A stretch of 64,000 nt of DNA from Bacteroidales bacterium (GTDB taxonomy: Bacteria; Bacteroidota; Bacteroidia; Bacteroidales; UBA932), in the NCBI GenBank assembly GCA_017476575.1, contig JAFUZO010000038.1, positions 2,551 through 66,550 of the forward strand, written 5' to 3'. Shown in pieces: positions 1-9,186 of this stretch (within the stretch, counting starts at the first letter, position 1; every line of letters begins with the position of its first letter). Below the pieces are notes generated by a model. That model was not told where the DNA came from and did no database searches. It was given only the letters and a program-made list of their open reading frames with translations. Made by a program: the position numbers and the translations under genes.

Positions 1-369
1 ACCGGCAAGATAGGGGGTCCCGCCTCCCTCGTAGACGGGATTGCCGTAAGAAGTCTGCAACCAGGGTTCCAATCCCATCGCCACAGCGTCGTCGATGATA
101 TGGTCGAGCCATCCGAAGTCATAGGTTCCCTTCTCCCTCTCGGTCTTGGCCCAGCCACCCTGGATCCGGATGAACCGCATCCCCAAGGGAACGAGATAAT
201 CCTTATATGAATCCCAGTCCGCATAGTCACGGTCCAGGCACTCGCATCCGATATGCAGGTCGTTGTGGAGACCGGACAGCGGGATGTGGGCCAGCCGGTA
301 CTCGGTATGGCCACAGGCCGCAGACAGGAGGACCGACAATACGACCGGGGCAATGGCAGAAAGTCTCAT
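1..369 (-). CDS. GH39-like (clan GH-A) glycoside hydrolase lipoprotein, 5' part; runs off the left edge and is absent from the ORF track
   Basis: Hand translation from the ATG at 369: MRLSAIAPVVLSVLLSAACGHTE...IGCECLDRDYADWDSYKDYLVPLGMRFIRIQGGWAKTEREKGTYDFGWLDHIIDDAVAMGLEPWLQTSYGNPVYEGGG. It has a lipobox (SAAC) and a GWAKTE..KG.YDF.WLD.IID motif typical of Bacteroidetes GH39-like proteins. Confidence 0.75.
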   Translation of the reverse strand, partial: MRLSAIAPVVLSVLLSAACGHTEYRLAHIPLSGLHNDLHIGCECLDRDYADWDSYKDYLVPLGMRFIRIQGGWAKTEREKGTYDFGWLDHIIDDAVAMGLEPWLQTSYGNPVYEGGGTPYLAG

Positions 370-392
370 AAAGCGTGGTGATGTTTTTCCTG

Positions 393-400
393 CAAAAATA
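393..400 (-). promoter_or_regulatory. Bacteroidetes sigma-A -7 element for the GH39-like gene
   Basis: The reverse complement reads TATTTTTG (TAnnTTTG), 24 nt upstream of the ATG. Confidence 0.55.
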
Positions 401-415
401 AAATAACAGCCGGTC

Positions 416-449
416 TTTGAGTATAAGAAGCCGAAAAGTGGTACATTTG
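416..449 (+). promoter_or_regulatory. sigma-A promoter (-33 TTTG / -7 TACATTTG) for the HTCS
   Basis: TTTG at 416-419 and TACATTTG at 442-449. Confidence 0.55.
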
Positions 450-516
450 TGTATGAAATTTTCATCCGGCGCGGACGGATTTCATCAAATTTGCCCCTGC
501 TCAGCCCTATTACAAG

Positions 517-3500
517 ATGAAAAGAATTTTGTTATCCATCCTCCTCGCGACAGTCTGGGCCTGGAGCCTCGGCGGGGCGGACCGGTCCTACCAGTTCCAC
601 CACTTCGACACCTCCTCCTCCGGGCTGTCGTTCAACGATGTACGCTGCCTGCTCCAGGACAGCCGGGGCTACGTCTGGGTAGGAACCCGGTACGGCCTCA
701 ACCGCTTCGACGGCTCCCGTTTCAAGGTCTACCACAAGGAGGAACTCGGGACGTCCTCCGATTATATCTATTGCCTGTGGGAGGACGACCTGGGCAACAT
801 CTGGGCGGGCACCGGCCGCGGGGTGGCCGTCTACGACTACGGCAGCGACCGCTTCCTGTGCCCGGCCCTCCCGGACGGCGCCGGATGCTTCGAGGAGCGG
901 ATCTTCTGCATCGGCGCGGACTCGTCCGGGCAACTGTGGATGGGCGCGGGCAACGGCTGCCTCTACTCCTGCCTCCCGCAGGAGCGCATCCTCCGGGAGC
1001 ACCGCCTGGAGGGCCGCCCCGAAGGCACGATGACGATGCGGCTCGCCATCGACCGCAACGACCATATCTTCCTGTCGCTGTACTGCGACGACCTCTACCT
1101 CTATGACCGGCAGACCGGCGGCCTGCAGCCGCTCGCCCTCGGGGAACGGCAGGGGTACTTCCACGGCGACGACATCGCCGGCATCGTGGTCCACCCCAAG
1201 TCCAACGACCTCGTCTTCGTCGCCGGCAAGCGGTCCGGCCTGTGCGAGGTAGACCTGCGCCGGGGCGGGGTCCGCACGCTGCTCCCGCCGGACAAGGACC
1301 AGAAGTACGGCAGCATCCAACTCGATGCCGCCCAGAACATCTGGCTCTCGACCACGGCGGGGCTCTACCGCTACAGCCTCAAGGACGGGAAATGCCGGCT
1401 TGTCACCGTCCGGGACGGCGACCGCTTCTCCCTGGCGGACAACGACATCTCCTGCTCCATCGTCGATTCCGGCGGCAACCTCTGGGTCGGGACCACCTGG
1501 TGCGGCCTCGACTGCGCCGCCGTCCGACAGGACATGTTCGCCAAGGTCTGGCGCACCGGGGACGGCGAGCCCCTGCATTCCTGCAACATCAAGGGCGTCG
1601 TCCAGGACAGCCGGGACCGCGTCTGGCTCGCCTCCGAGAAACTGGGCCTGCTGGAGTACCTGCCCGACACCGGGACGGTGGTCCGCCGGGGCCGGAGCAA
1701 GGCCCTGCCGGGACTGACGTCCATCTGCGTGGACGGGGACCATCTTTGGCTGGGCTCCCGGACGGGCGTCTACCGGTACAGCCCGGACCGGGACCTCCTG
1801 AGGTACTATCCCAGTTTCGCCGAGGGCGACTTCCGGGTCACGTCCCTGTGCCGGCTGATTTCCGGCCGGGTGCTCGCCGGGACCACGGGCGGGATGATGG
1901 AGTACGACCCCGCCGCCGACACCTTCCGCCAGACGGACATCGGCTGCGCCTCGGTGGACGTCATCGCCGAGGACAGTTTCGGCGTCGTGTGGATGGCCTC
2001 GTACTCCGACGGCCTGTACGCCTACGACAGCCACCAGGACCGTCTCCTGGGCCATTGGAACGGCGACGGCTTCCCCAACATGATGTCGTCAGTCATCGTC
2101 AACGACGACGACGAGGTGTGGGCCCTGAGTTTCGGCTCCGGCTTCTACCGCTACGACCGCAAGGAGGAAGCCTTCCGGAAATACGACCGCTCCACCCTCC
2201 CCGCGCTCCCCTCGGACGTGTTCTACTACGCCCTGACGGACGCGAAGGGCAACCTGTGGCTCTCCTCCGACGCCGGGCTCGTGAGTTTCAACCCCGCCTC
2301 CGGCACCGTCCGGCGGCTGGACGTGCGGGACGGCCTGCTCGACGACGCCTATTCGCAGCCCGCGCTGAAACTCTCCTCCGGGAAGTTCCTCTTCACGTCC
2401 GTGAACGGGTTCGTGGTCTTCGACCCGGCGGCCGCGCTCAGCACCGACGGCGACGTGACAGCGGACATCACCGACCTCGTGCTCCCGTCCGGCCCCGTCG
2501 TCCCGTCCCCCAAGGCGCCGGTAACCTGCAACGTCAACACGGCCGACACCATCCGGCTGGCCCCGGGCCGCAACTCCTTCAGCCTCTACGTGGCCACCCC
2601 GCGCAACCTGTTCACCCCGGTCAACCTGTTCGCGCAACTCTCCGGCCGGGAATCCCTGCCCGGGAAGGTGACCGCCTCCGGGGAAATCGGCTACGCCGAC
2701 CTGCCCCACGGGACCTACACCCTGGAACTGTTCACCGAGGGCGGATCTGGACGGCGGATTTCCGTGCACAAGCCCATCACTCTCATCGTCGACCCGCCGT
2801 TCTGGCAGTCCCCGGCCGGCGTGGCGCTCACCGCCCTGGCCGTGCTCGGGCTCATGCTGGCGCTGCTCCTGTCCATCTACCGCTCGGACCGCCGGAAACA
2901 GGCGCGGGCCCTCGCAGCCTACCAGCAGGTCAAGGAAGAGGAGATGGCCAAGGAGAAGATCGCGTTCTTCTCCAACGTCATTCATGAGATCAAGACCCCG
3001 CTCATGCTCATCCACACGCCCCTGCGGAACCTACTTTCGATGGACGAGGTCCCCCAGGCCTCCCGGGACGAACTGAACGTCATCAAGAACAGTTCGGACT
3101 ACCTGGACAACCTGGTCAAGGAACTGCTCGACTTCATCCGGATGGAAGAGTTCGGCTACCCGGTCTCCAAGCACAACATCGACCTCGTCGAGCGCCTGGA
3201 CTATATCTATCTGAATTTTGCCGATGCAGCCAAGAACCGGAACATCTCGCTGACCTTCTCGCACGAGGGGCTGGACTCCCTCGTGGTCGCCGCCGACCCA
3301 AAGGCACTGAACAAGATCGTGGACAACCTGCTCCACAACGCCGTGAAGTATGCCGAGACGCGCATCTCGGTCCGCCTCGCGCGCACGGAGGACGGGGCCG
3401 TGCAGGTACGGTTCGGCAACGACGGGCCGCCCATCCCGGCCGGACGGCGCCGGGAAATCTTCAAGCCGTTCGTCCAGTTCGGCGAGGACCAGGCCCCCTA

Positions 3501-4473
3501 CAGCCAGAACTTCGGCATCGGGCTGGCCCTCGCCCGGACCCTCGCCGAGGCCTCCGGCGGAACCCTGGAACTCGCCGACCGGGCGGAGACGGAGTTCGTG
3601 CTGACGCTGCCCTACGAGGTCCTGCCAGAGGACGTGCAGCCCTTCGCGGCCCCGGCCGCCCCGGAGGACGGCGGCGCCACGGGCAAGACCGTCCTGCTGG
3701 TCGAGGACAACGCCGACCTGCTCTCCTACCTGGCCCTCAAGGTCGGGGACGAGTACAACGTGGTCCCCGCCTCCTCGGCGGAGAGCGCGCTGGACATCGT
3801 GGACAAGCGCCGGATCGACATCATCGTGACGGACATCAGCCTCGGTGCCATGAACGGCATCGAACTGTGCCGCCGGATCTGCGCCGACTTCGAGACCTCG
3901 CATATCCCGGTCGTCATGATCTCGGCCATCTCCTCCGAACAGACCAAGATCAAGTGCATGGAGGTGGGGGCAGCGGTCTACATCGAAAAACCCTTCACCA
4001 TCGACTACCTCAAGGCCTGCATGGCCGGCATCCTCCGTTCGCGCTCGTCGCTCAAGACCATCTACAGCCTCTCGGGGGCCGAAAGTACCGACCTGTCCGC
4101 CTTCAACATCGAGGAGAAGGATTCCACCTTCCTCGCCCACCTCGAAGCCGTGGTCATGAAGCATATCGGCGACGACACCTTCTCGGTCCGCCAACTCGAG
4201 AGCGAACTGTATATGAGCCACACCGCCCTGAACAAAAAGATGAACGGCCTGCTGAACATCTCCCCCATCGACTACATCCGGACCAAGCGGCTCTCCATCG
4301 CCGCCCGCCTCATCGCCCAAGGGGAGGGACGCATCAACGAAGTATGCTATTCAGTAGGATTCACCTCCCCGTCCTACTTCACCAAATGCTTCAAGGCGGC
4401 CTACGGGCTGACTCCGACCGAATATGCCGCCACCCATGCCTCGGAACAGGGCAGGTCTGAAATTGCTACATAA
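517..4473 (+). CDS. Hybrid two-component system sensor-regulator (HTCS)
   Basis: Signal peptide, beta-propeller repeats, TM helix, HisKA H-box (HEIKTPL), HATPase (NLLHNAVKY, GIGLALAR), receiver (LLVEDN...IIVTDISL) and C-terminal AraC HTH (VGFTSPSYFTKCFK). Confidence 0.97.
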   Translation: MKRILLSILLATVWAWSLGGADRSYQFHHFDTSSSGLSFNDVRCLLQDSRGYVWVGTRYGLNRFDGSRFKVYHKEELGTSSDYIYCLWEDDLGNIWAGTGRGVAVYDYGSDRFLCPALPDGAGCFEERIFCIGADSSGQLWMGAGNGCLYSCLPQERILREHRLEGRPEGTMTMRLAIDRNDHIFLSLYCDDLYLYDRQTGGLQPLALGERQGYFHGDDIAGIVVHPKSNDLVFVAGKRSGLCEVDLRRGGVRTLLPPDKDQKYGSIQLDAAQNIWLSTTAGLYRYSLKDGKCRLVTVRDGDRFSLADNDISCSIVDSGGNLWVGTTWCGLDCAAVRQDMFAKVWRTGDGEPLHSCNIKGVVQDSRDRVWLASEKLGLLEYLPDTGTVVRRGRSKALPGLTSICVDGDHLWLGSRTGVYRYSPDRDLLRYYPSFAEGDFRVTSLCRLISGRVLAGTTGGMMEYDPAADTFRQTDIGCASVDVIAEDSFGVVWMASYSDGLYAYDSHQDRLLGHWNGDGFPNMMSSVIVNDDDEVWALSFGSGFYRYDRKEEAFRKYDRSTLPALPSDVFYYALTDAKGNLWLSSDAGLVSFNPASGTVRRLDVRDGLLDDAYSQPALKLSSGKFLFTSVNGFVVFDPAAALSTDGDVTADITDLVLPSGPVVPSPKAPVTCNVNTADTIRLAPGRNSFSLYVATPRNLFTPVNLFAQLSGRESLPGKVTASGEIGYADLPHGTYTLELFTEGGSGRRISVHKPITLIVDPPFWQSPAGVALTALAVLGLMLALLLSIYRSDRRKQARALAAYQQVKEEEMAKEKIAFFSNVIHEIKTPLMLIHTPLRNLLSMDEVPQASRDELNVIKNSSDYLDNLVKELLDFIRMEEFGYPVSKHNIDLVERLDYIYLNFADAAKNRNISLTFSHEGLDSLVVAADPKALNKIVDNLLHNAVKYAETRISVRLARTEDGAVQVRFGNDGPPIPAGRRREIFKPFVQFGEDQAPYSQNFGIGLALARTLAEASGGTLELADRAETEFVLTLPYEVLPEDVQPFAAPAAPEDGGATGKTVLLVEDNADLLSYLALKVGDEYNVVPASSAESALDIVDKRRIDIIVTDISLGAMNGIELCRRICADFETSHIPVVMISAISSEQTKIKCMEVGAAVYIEKPFTIDYLKACMAGILRSRSSLKTIYSLSGAESTDLSAFNIEEKDSTFLAHLEAVVMKHIGDDTFSVRQLESELYMSHTALNKKMNGLLNISPIDYIRTKRLSIAARLIAQGEGRINEVCYSVGFTSPSYFTKCFKAAYGLTPTEYAATHASEQGRSEIAT

Positions 4474-4537
4474 GTGAACATTTCTTTCAGAGAGTGGAAG
4501 ATGCAATGACTTACTTTGCACTCGAAACCGAAGCTGT

Positions 4538-6733
4538 ATGAAACTGATAACCGGAATCTCCCTCGCAACCCTTGCGGCCCTGTCCCTGGCGTCCTGCCGC
4601 CGGGAAGAGGCCCCGGTGCCGGATGGGGCCGGTTCCATCCGGGCCGTCATCCTGGATACCAAGGTCCACATCGAGGACGGCCGCAAATGCCGTTGGGATG
4701 TCGGGGACGCCATCAGCCTCTCGCCGCAGTCGGCCGTCCGCGTCGACAAGCCGGGCTGCACGCTGACGACCTCCGACTCGGGAACGCATGCCGTCTTCAC
4801 CGGATCCGTGCCGGAAGGGCTCAGCACCTGGTGCGCCGCCTATCCGGCCGCCGCGGTGACGTGCTGGAATCCCAAGTCCAACGACTCCGACAAGGGCCGG
4901 TGCCGGTTCCTGACCACCATCAAATCGACCCAGACCGTGAAGCGGATGTTCCTCCAGGACGGTCTCGGCGTGTATATCGACCCGGACGTCCTCTGGCTCG
5001 GCGGGTGGTCCAACGACAAGGACAACATCCCCTTCCAACCCCTGGGGACCTATCTCCGTTTCGTCGTCCCGCCCACGGCCCGGTACAGCCTCCGGAGCAT
5101 CTCGGTCTCGGCCGACGGCGCGAAGGTGGCCGGGGCGACCTGGTTCTCCTACAGCGGCGGGAAATGGGGCGAGGAGTTCCAGGGGACGCTCCCTTCTGCC
5201 ACGCTGGTCCGGGGGGAGGGCCTGCCCCTCGCTCCGGGCATCTACTACCTGGCCATCCACAAGAGCACCCAATACACAAGGCTGGATTTCGTCTTCACCG
5301 ACACGGCCGGCCAGACCGCCGGAGCGTCGGTGACGTCCTCGCAGGGAGGTTTCCCCCTGGAGATGGGGAAGATCTATGACGTCGGCACCTTGCCCGACAC
5401 CCTGTTCGGTACGGAAGCCGACCCCCCATCCGGGGACGGCGAGGGTGTGGAGACCTATGTCTATGCCCCTTCCATCGCGCATTCCACCACGTTCGCCGTC
5501 TCCGTGGAAGGCCGGGAACAGACGGTGTTCACCACCTCGGAACCGGACATCTGCGCCTTCGGCTGTCCACAGACCGTGACCGTCGAGATCTCCTTTCCCG
5601 GACGGACTGTGACGCGCGTCGACGTGCGCCCCAAGTCCCTGGACTTCTCCGAGACCTGGGACGGCACCCGCCTGACGCTCCGGATGGCGCCGAAGGACCG
5701 GGTGGTCGTGGAATGTGACGGCGACACCGGCAAACCGCTGTTCCTGTTCGCCAATCCGGTCCAGGAGAAGCCGGCAGACAACGACGACGACGTAATCGTA
5801 TTCAAGGCGGGCACCGTGTCCGATGTCGGCACGCTGGACCTTTCCTCCGGCCGCAACGTCTACATCGAAGGCGGGGCCTGGGTGACCGGCTACATCCGGG
5901 CAACCTCGGCGCAGGACATCGCCATCCGCGGCTGCGGCGTCTTCGACAGCCGGGAGACCGCCGGGGTCCCGATGCGGATCACCTCCTGCGGCAACGTGAG
6001 CCTGTCCGGTATCATCACCCTCAACCGGATTGCGCATACGACCCATTTCCAGGAATGCAGCGGCATCGATATCGACAACTACAAGGTGGTCGCCGAATAC
6101 AACACCACCTCCGGGGTGAACGGACATGAAAACGATGCCCTGAACATCCTCAGTTCGCACACGGCCTCGGTCCGGCACTGCTTCTCCTATTGCCACGACG
6201 ACGCCTTCTGCCTCAAGTCCATCGCGGGGTCCCCCGCCTACGACATCCATTACGAAGACTGCATCGCATGGAACGTACACGGCGGCAATGCCTTCGAAAT
6301 CGGCTACGAGGTCAGCAGCGACATCTACGATGTGTCATACAAGGACATCCGTTCCATCCACAGGCGGGGCAACACCAACCTCCTGCGCAGCGCCGACATC
6401 GGCATCCACAACGGAGGCTCCGCTACGGTTTCCGATGTCAGCTACGAGAATGTATACCTGGAAGAGCCTACGGACAAATATGCCCTCATGTTCCTGATTT
6501 TCGACCGCAACCAGGATGTTGACGCCTACGTGCCTGGGCATATCCGCAACGTCCAGGTCCGCAACCTGCATATCCTGGGAGAGCAGCCCTACGGCTCCCG
6601 CATCCACGGCTATGACGACAGCCACCGGATAGGGCAAGTCCAGATCGACGGAATGTATGTACTGGGGGCGCAGGTGAATACCTGCGAGGACGGAGCTGTC
6701 TCCGTCCAATATGCAGACGTAACCATCAAATGA
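4538..6733 (+). CDS. Lipoprotein: N-terminal fimbrillin/type V pilin-like domain fused to a right-handed beta-helix glycosidase (GH28/GH49-like)
   Basis: Lipobox LASC. Residues ~20-285 carry DTKV, WDVGDAISL and GKIYDVGTLP motifs shared with the 8299 and 9187 proteins. The C-terminal part has PLFLFANP, VYIEGGAWV, ENDALN and CHDDAFCLK beta-helix motifs. Confidence 0.75.
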   Translation: MKLITGISLATLAALSLASCRREEAPVPDGAGSIRAVILDTKVHIEDGRKCRWDVGDAISLSPQSAVRVDKPGCTLTTSDSGTHAVFTGSVPEGLSTWCAAYPAAAVTCWNPKSNDSDKGRCRFLTTIKSTQTVKRMFLQDGLGVYIDPDVLWLGGWSNDKDNIPFQPLGTYLRFVVPPTARYSLRSISVSADGAKVAGATWFSYSGGKWGEEFQGTLPSATLVRGEGLPLAPGIYYLAIHKSTQYTRLDFVFTDTAGQTAGASVTSSQGGFPLEMGKIYDVGTLPDTLFGTEADPPSGDGEGVETYVYAPSIAHSTTFAVSVEGREQTVFTTSEPDICAFGCPQTVTVEISFPGRTVTRVDVRPKSLDFSETWDGTRLTLRMAPKDRVVVECDGDTGKPLFLFANPVQEKPADNDDDVIVFKAGTVSDVGTLDLSSGRNVYIEGGAWVTGYIRATSAQDIAIRGCGVFDSRETAGVPMRITSCGNVSLSGIITLNRIAHTTHFQECSGIDIDNYKVVAEYNTTSGVNGHENDALNILSSHTASVRHCFSYCHDDAFCLKSIAGSPAYDIHYEDCIAWNVHGGNAFEIGYEVSSDIYDVSYKDIRSIHRRGNTNLLRSADIGIHNGGSATVSDVSYENVYLEEPTDKYALMFLIFDRNQDVDAYVPGHIRNVQVRNLHILGEQPYGSRIHGYDDSHRIGQVQIDGMYVLGAQVNTCEDGAVSVQYADVTIK

Positions 6734-6743
6734 GCAACATGTC

Positions 6744-8108
6744 ATGAGAACCCGATATCATCTTGTCTTCCCGGCTGCACTCCTGCTGCTGCCCGCCTCG
6801 CTCCCGGCCCGGGTCGAGACCTACCGGTATGCTGACGTCGTGCCGCGCTCGGAACGGTTCGAAGTGAAGGTCGACGGCGAAGTGCAGACCGTCTTCACGA
6901 CCGAAGAGCCCGACGTGTGCTGCTTCGGTTGCGACGGCCCGGTGACGGTCCAGGTGCGGCTCCAGGGAGCCCCGGCAGACTCGGTCGCCGTGCGTCCCCT
7001 CTCCATCGATTTCTCCCAGGCTTGGGACGGACAGACCCTGACGCTCACCCTTTCACCGAAGGACAGGGCCGTGGTGGAGTTCGACGGCGATACGGCCCGG
7101 CCCCTGTTCCTTTTCGCCAACGCCATCGACCCCTGCAAACCTTCTCCGAAAGACAAGGACGTGGTGTATTACAAGGCTGGTTCCCTGTGCAACGCCAGGA
7201 ACCTGAACCTGGAACCGGGGCAGACGCTGTACCTGGAAGGCGGGGCCTGGTTGATGGGCAACCTCCGCCTCGAAGGCTCGCGGCAGGTCCGGGTGAAGGG
7301 CGCCGGCATCCTGGACGCGCGCGGCACCGACGGCGTTGCGTTCCGGATCACGGACTGCGACGGCGTGGACGTGGAAGGCATCACCCTGCTCAACAGCGCC
7401 GGCCATACGACGCGCATCTACGGCAGCCGGAACCTGCACATCGACAACTACAAGGTGGTGGCGACCCGCAATCCTAGGCAGCGCAAAGGCCTTGAGAACG
7501 ACGCCCTCAACCTGATCAGTTCCAGCCATGCCGAAGTGCGCCGCTGCTTCACCTACTGCCACGACGACACCTATTGCATCAAGACGACAGAGGACGGCCC
7601 GGCCGAGGATATCCACTACGAGGACTGCATCAGCTGGAACAACATGGGCGGCAATTCTTTCGAGATCGGCTACGAGACGACCGGCGACATCCGGAACGTG
7701 ACCTACAGGCGCATGTACGCCATCCACAAGCGGGACAACCCGACCCTCGTGCGGAGTGCCGATATCGGCATCCACCATGCCTCCTGCGGGACCATCGAGG
7801 ACATCACCTACGAGGATATCTACCTGGAGGAGACGGACAACTGGACCCTTGCGCTGATGATGTTCCAGAACCCGTACAGCAAGAAGGCGTATGCAGTGAA
7901 CTGGGTACCCGGCCATATCCGCAACATCCTCTTCCGCGACATCCACGTCCTGTACCCGATGGAGAAAGGCTCCCGCATCGAGGGCGCCGACGAAGACCAC
8001 CGCATCGAAAACCTGGTCATCGACGGACTCTACGTACAGGGCAAGCGGATGCACTCCTGTGAAGAGGCCGGCATCCGGACCGCCCATGCGGAAGTAATCT
8101 TCCAATAA
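6744..8108 (+). CDS. Secreted right-handed beta-helix glycosidase (GH28/GH49-like), paralog of the C-terminal part of 4538..6733
   Basis: Cleavable signal peptide with no lipobox. Shares VFTT.EPD.C.FGC, PKDR.VVE.DGDT..PLFLFAN, ENDALN, CHDD..C.K, GGN.FEIGYE and ADIGIH with the upstream gene. Confidence 0.8.
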   Translation: MRTRYHLVFPAALLLLPASLPARVETYRYADVVPRSERFEVKVDGEVQTVFTTEEPDVCCFGCDGPVTVQVRLQGAPADSVAVRPLSIDFSQAWDGQTLTLTLSPKDRAVVEFDGDTARPLFLFANAIDPCKPSPKDKDVVYYKAGSLCNARNLNLEPGQTLYLEGGAWLMGNLRLEGSRQVRVKGAGILDARGTDGVAFRITDCDGVDVEGITLLNSAGHTTRIYGSRNLHIDNYKVVATRNPRQRKGLENDALNLISSSHAEVRRCFTYCHDDTYCIKTTEDGPAEDIHYEDCISWNNMGGNSFEIGYETTGDIRNVTYRRMYAIHKRDNPTLVRSADIGIHHASCGTIEDITYEDIYLEETDNWTLALMMFQNPYSKKAYAVNWVPGHIRNILFRDIHVLYPMEKGSRIEGADEDHRIENLVIDGLYVQGKRMHSCEEAGIRTAHAEVIFQ

Positions 8109-8134
8109 CGAAAATCATCTTAAAAACACTTATC

Positions 8135-8296
8135 ATGGAAAAACAAACTTTGAAACCACAAGCGGCATACGCCAGCCCGGATTGCCGGTTGATTGCCTTG
8201 CTGGGGACATCCGAAATCCTCAACGCCTCCACTCCCAGCCCCTCCGCAGACATCCAGGACTTCGAGGAGGATGATTCAACCCTGAAAATCTTCTGA
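8135..8296 (+). CDS. Small 53-aa peptide (YxxP...ILxxS type), missed by the ORF track
   Basis: ATG at 8135 follows an A-rich leader. Sequence: MEKQTLKPQAAYASPDCRLIALLGTSEILNASTPSPSADIQDFEEDDSTLKIF*. It fills the gap and stops 2 nt before the next ATG. Confidence 0.7.
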   Translation: MEKQTLKPQAAYASPDCRLIALLGTSEILNASTPSPSADIQDFEEDDSTLKIF

Positions 8297-8298
8297 CC

Positions 8299-9183
8299 AT
8301 GAAAAAGATACTCATCCCCGCCATCGCCATGCTGGCGCTGACCGGCTGCCAGAAGGCCGAACCCGCCAAGGAACCCGCCGCGGAAGGGCTTGACACCATC
8401 ACCGCCACCATCGACGACCAGACCAAGGCCCACCTCGAAGGGCTCAAGGGTTACTGGGATGCGAACGACCAGATTACCCTGTCTCCCCAAAGTGCAACGG
8501 AAGCCGCAGGCGCCATCTTCACGACGGAAGCCGGCGGTGCATCCGCCACCTTCACCGGCACCTTCCCAGAGACACTCACCAACGGAAAATACTGCGCCTT
8601 CTATCCGGTCAGTGCGCTCAGAACAGGCAAATGGAATCCGGGCAATAGCAGCCAGGCTTCCTCTCTGAACAAGATTGCCGCAGACCTTCCGTCCACCCAG
8701 TCGCCTTCCGAAATAACGACTGGTGTCTATATGGACCCCAAGACTTTCTGGCTCGGGGGATACTCGACCGATCCGACATCCATCAAGTTCACTCCGCTGC
8801 TATCTTATCTGAAATTTGTCGTTCCAGAAAGCACCGACTATAAGTTGAAAAAAGTGAAAATAGAAAGCACCGTTGCCCTGGCCGGAACAATCAACGTCTT
8901 GTGTAAAAGCGTATCAGGTGTAATGACTTGGTCCAATGAAACCACCTCGAGCACAAAGAGCACCATGCTGCAGGGGACGGAAGCAAACAGCAAAGTCCTG
9001 GTTGCCGGCACCTATTATCTGGCTTTCCGTCCTGTCGCTACAGCCAGCGATGTCACCATCACATTTACCAATACGAGCGAAAATACCCTTTACTCAAAGA
9101 AAGTTACGTCCATCACGACAAAGGCTGGAACCATTTATGACCTCGGTACACTTCCGACAAAAAAGGAAGATTTTCCTAACTGA
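8299..9183 (+). CDS. Fimbrillin/type V pilin-like lipoprotein
   Basis: Lipobox LTGC, QTKA, WDANDQITLSP, YLKFVVP, GTYYLA and terminal GTIYDLGTLP. Visibly more A/T-ending codons than its neighbours. Confidence 0.65.
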   Translation: MKKILIPAIAMLALTGCQKAEPAKEPAAEGLDTITATIDDQTKAHLEGLKGYWDANDQITLSPQSATEAAGAIFTTEAGGASATFTGTFPETLTNGKYCAFYPVSALRTGKWNPGNSSQASSLNKIAADLPSTQSPSEITTGVYMDPKTFWLGGYSTDPTSIKFTPLLSYLKFVVPESTDYKLKKVKIESTVALAGTINVLCKSVSGVMTWSNETTSSTKSTMLQGTEANSKVLVAGTYYLAFRPVATASDVTITFTNTSENTLYSKKVTSITTKAGTIYDLGTLPTKKEDFPN

Positions 9184-9186
9184 ACC

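Noticed and set aside
3490-3530. HTCS G2 box reads QNFGIGL instead of GxGxGL
   Set aside because: The H-box, N-box, receiver Asp and HTH are intact; one substitution in a variable loop is not enough to claim inactivity.
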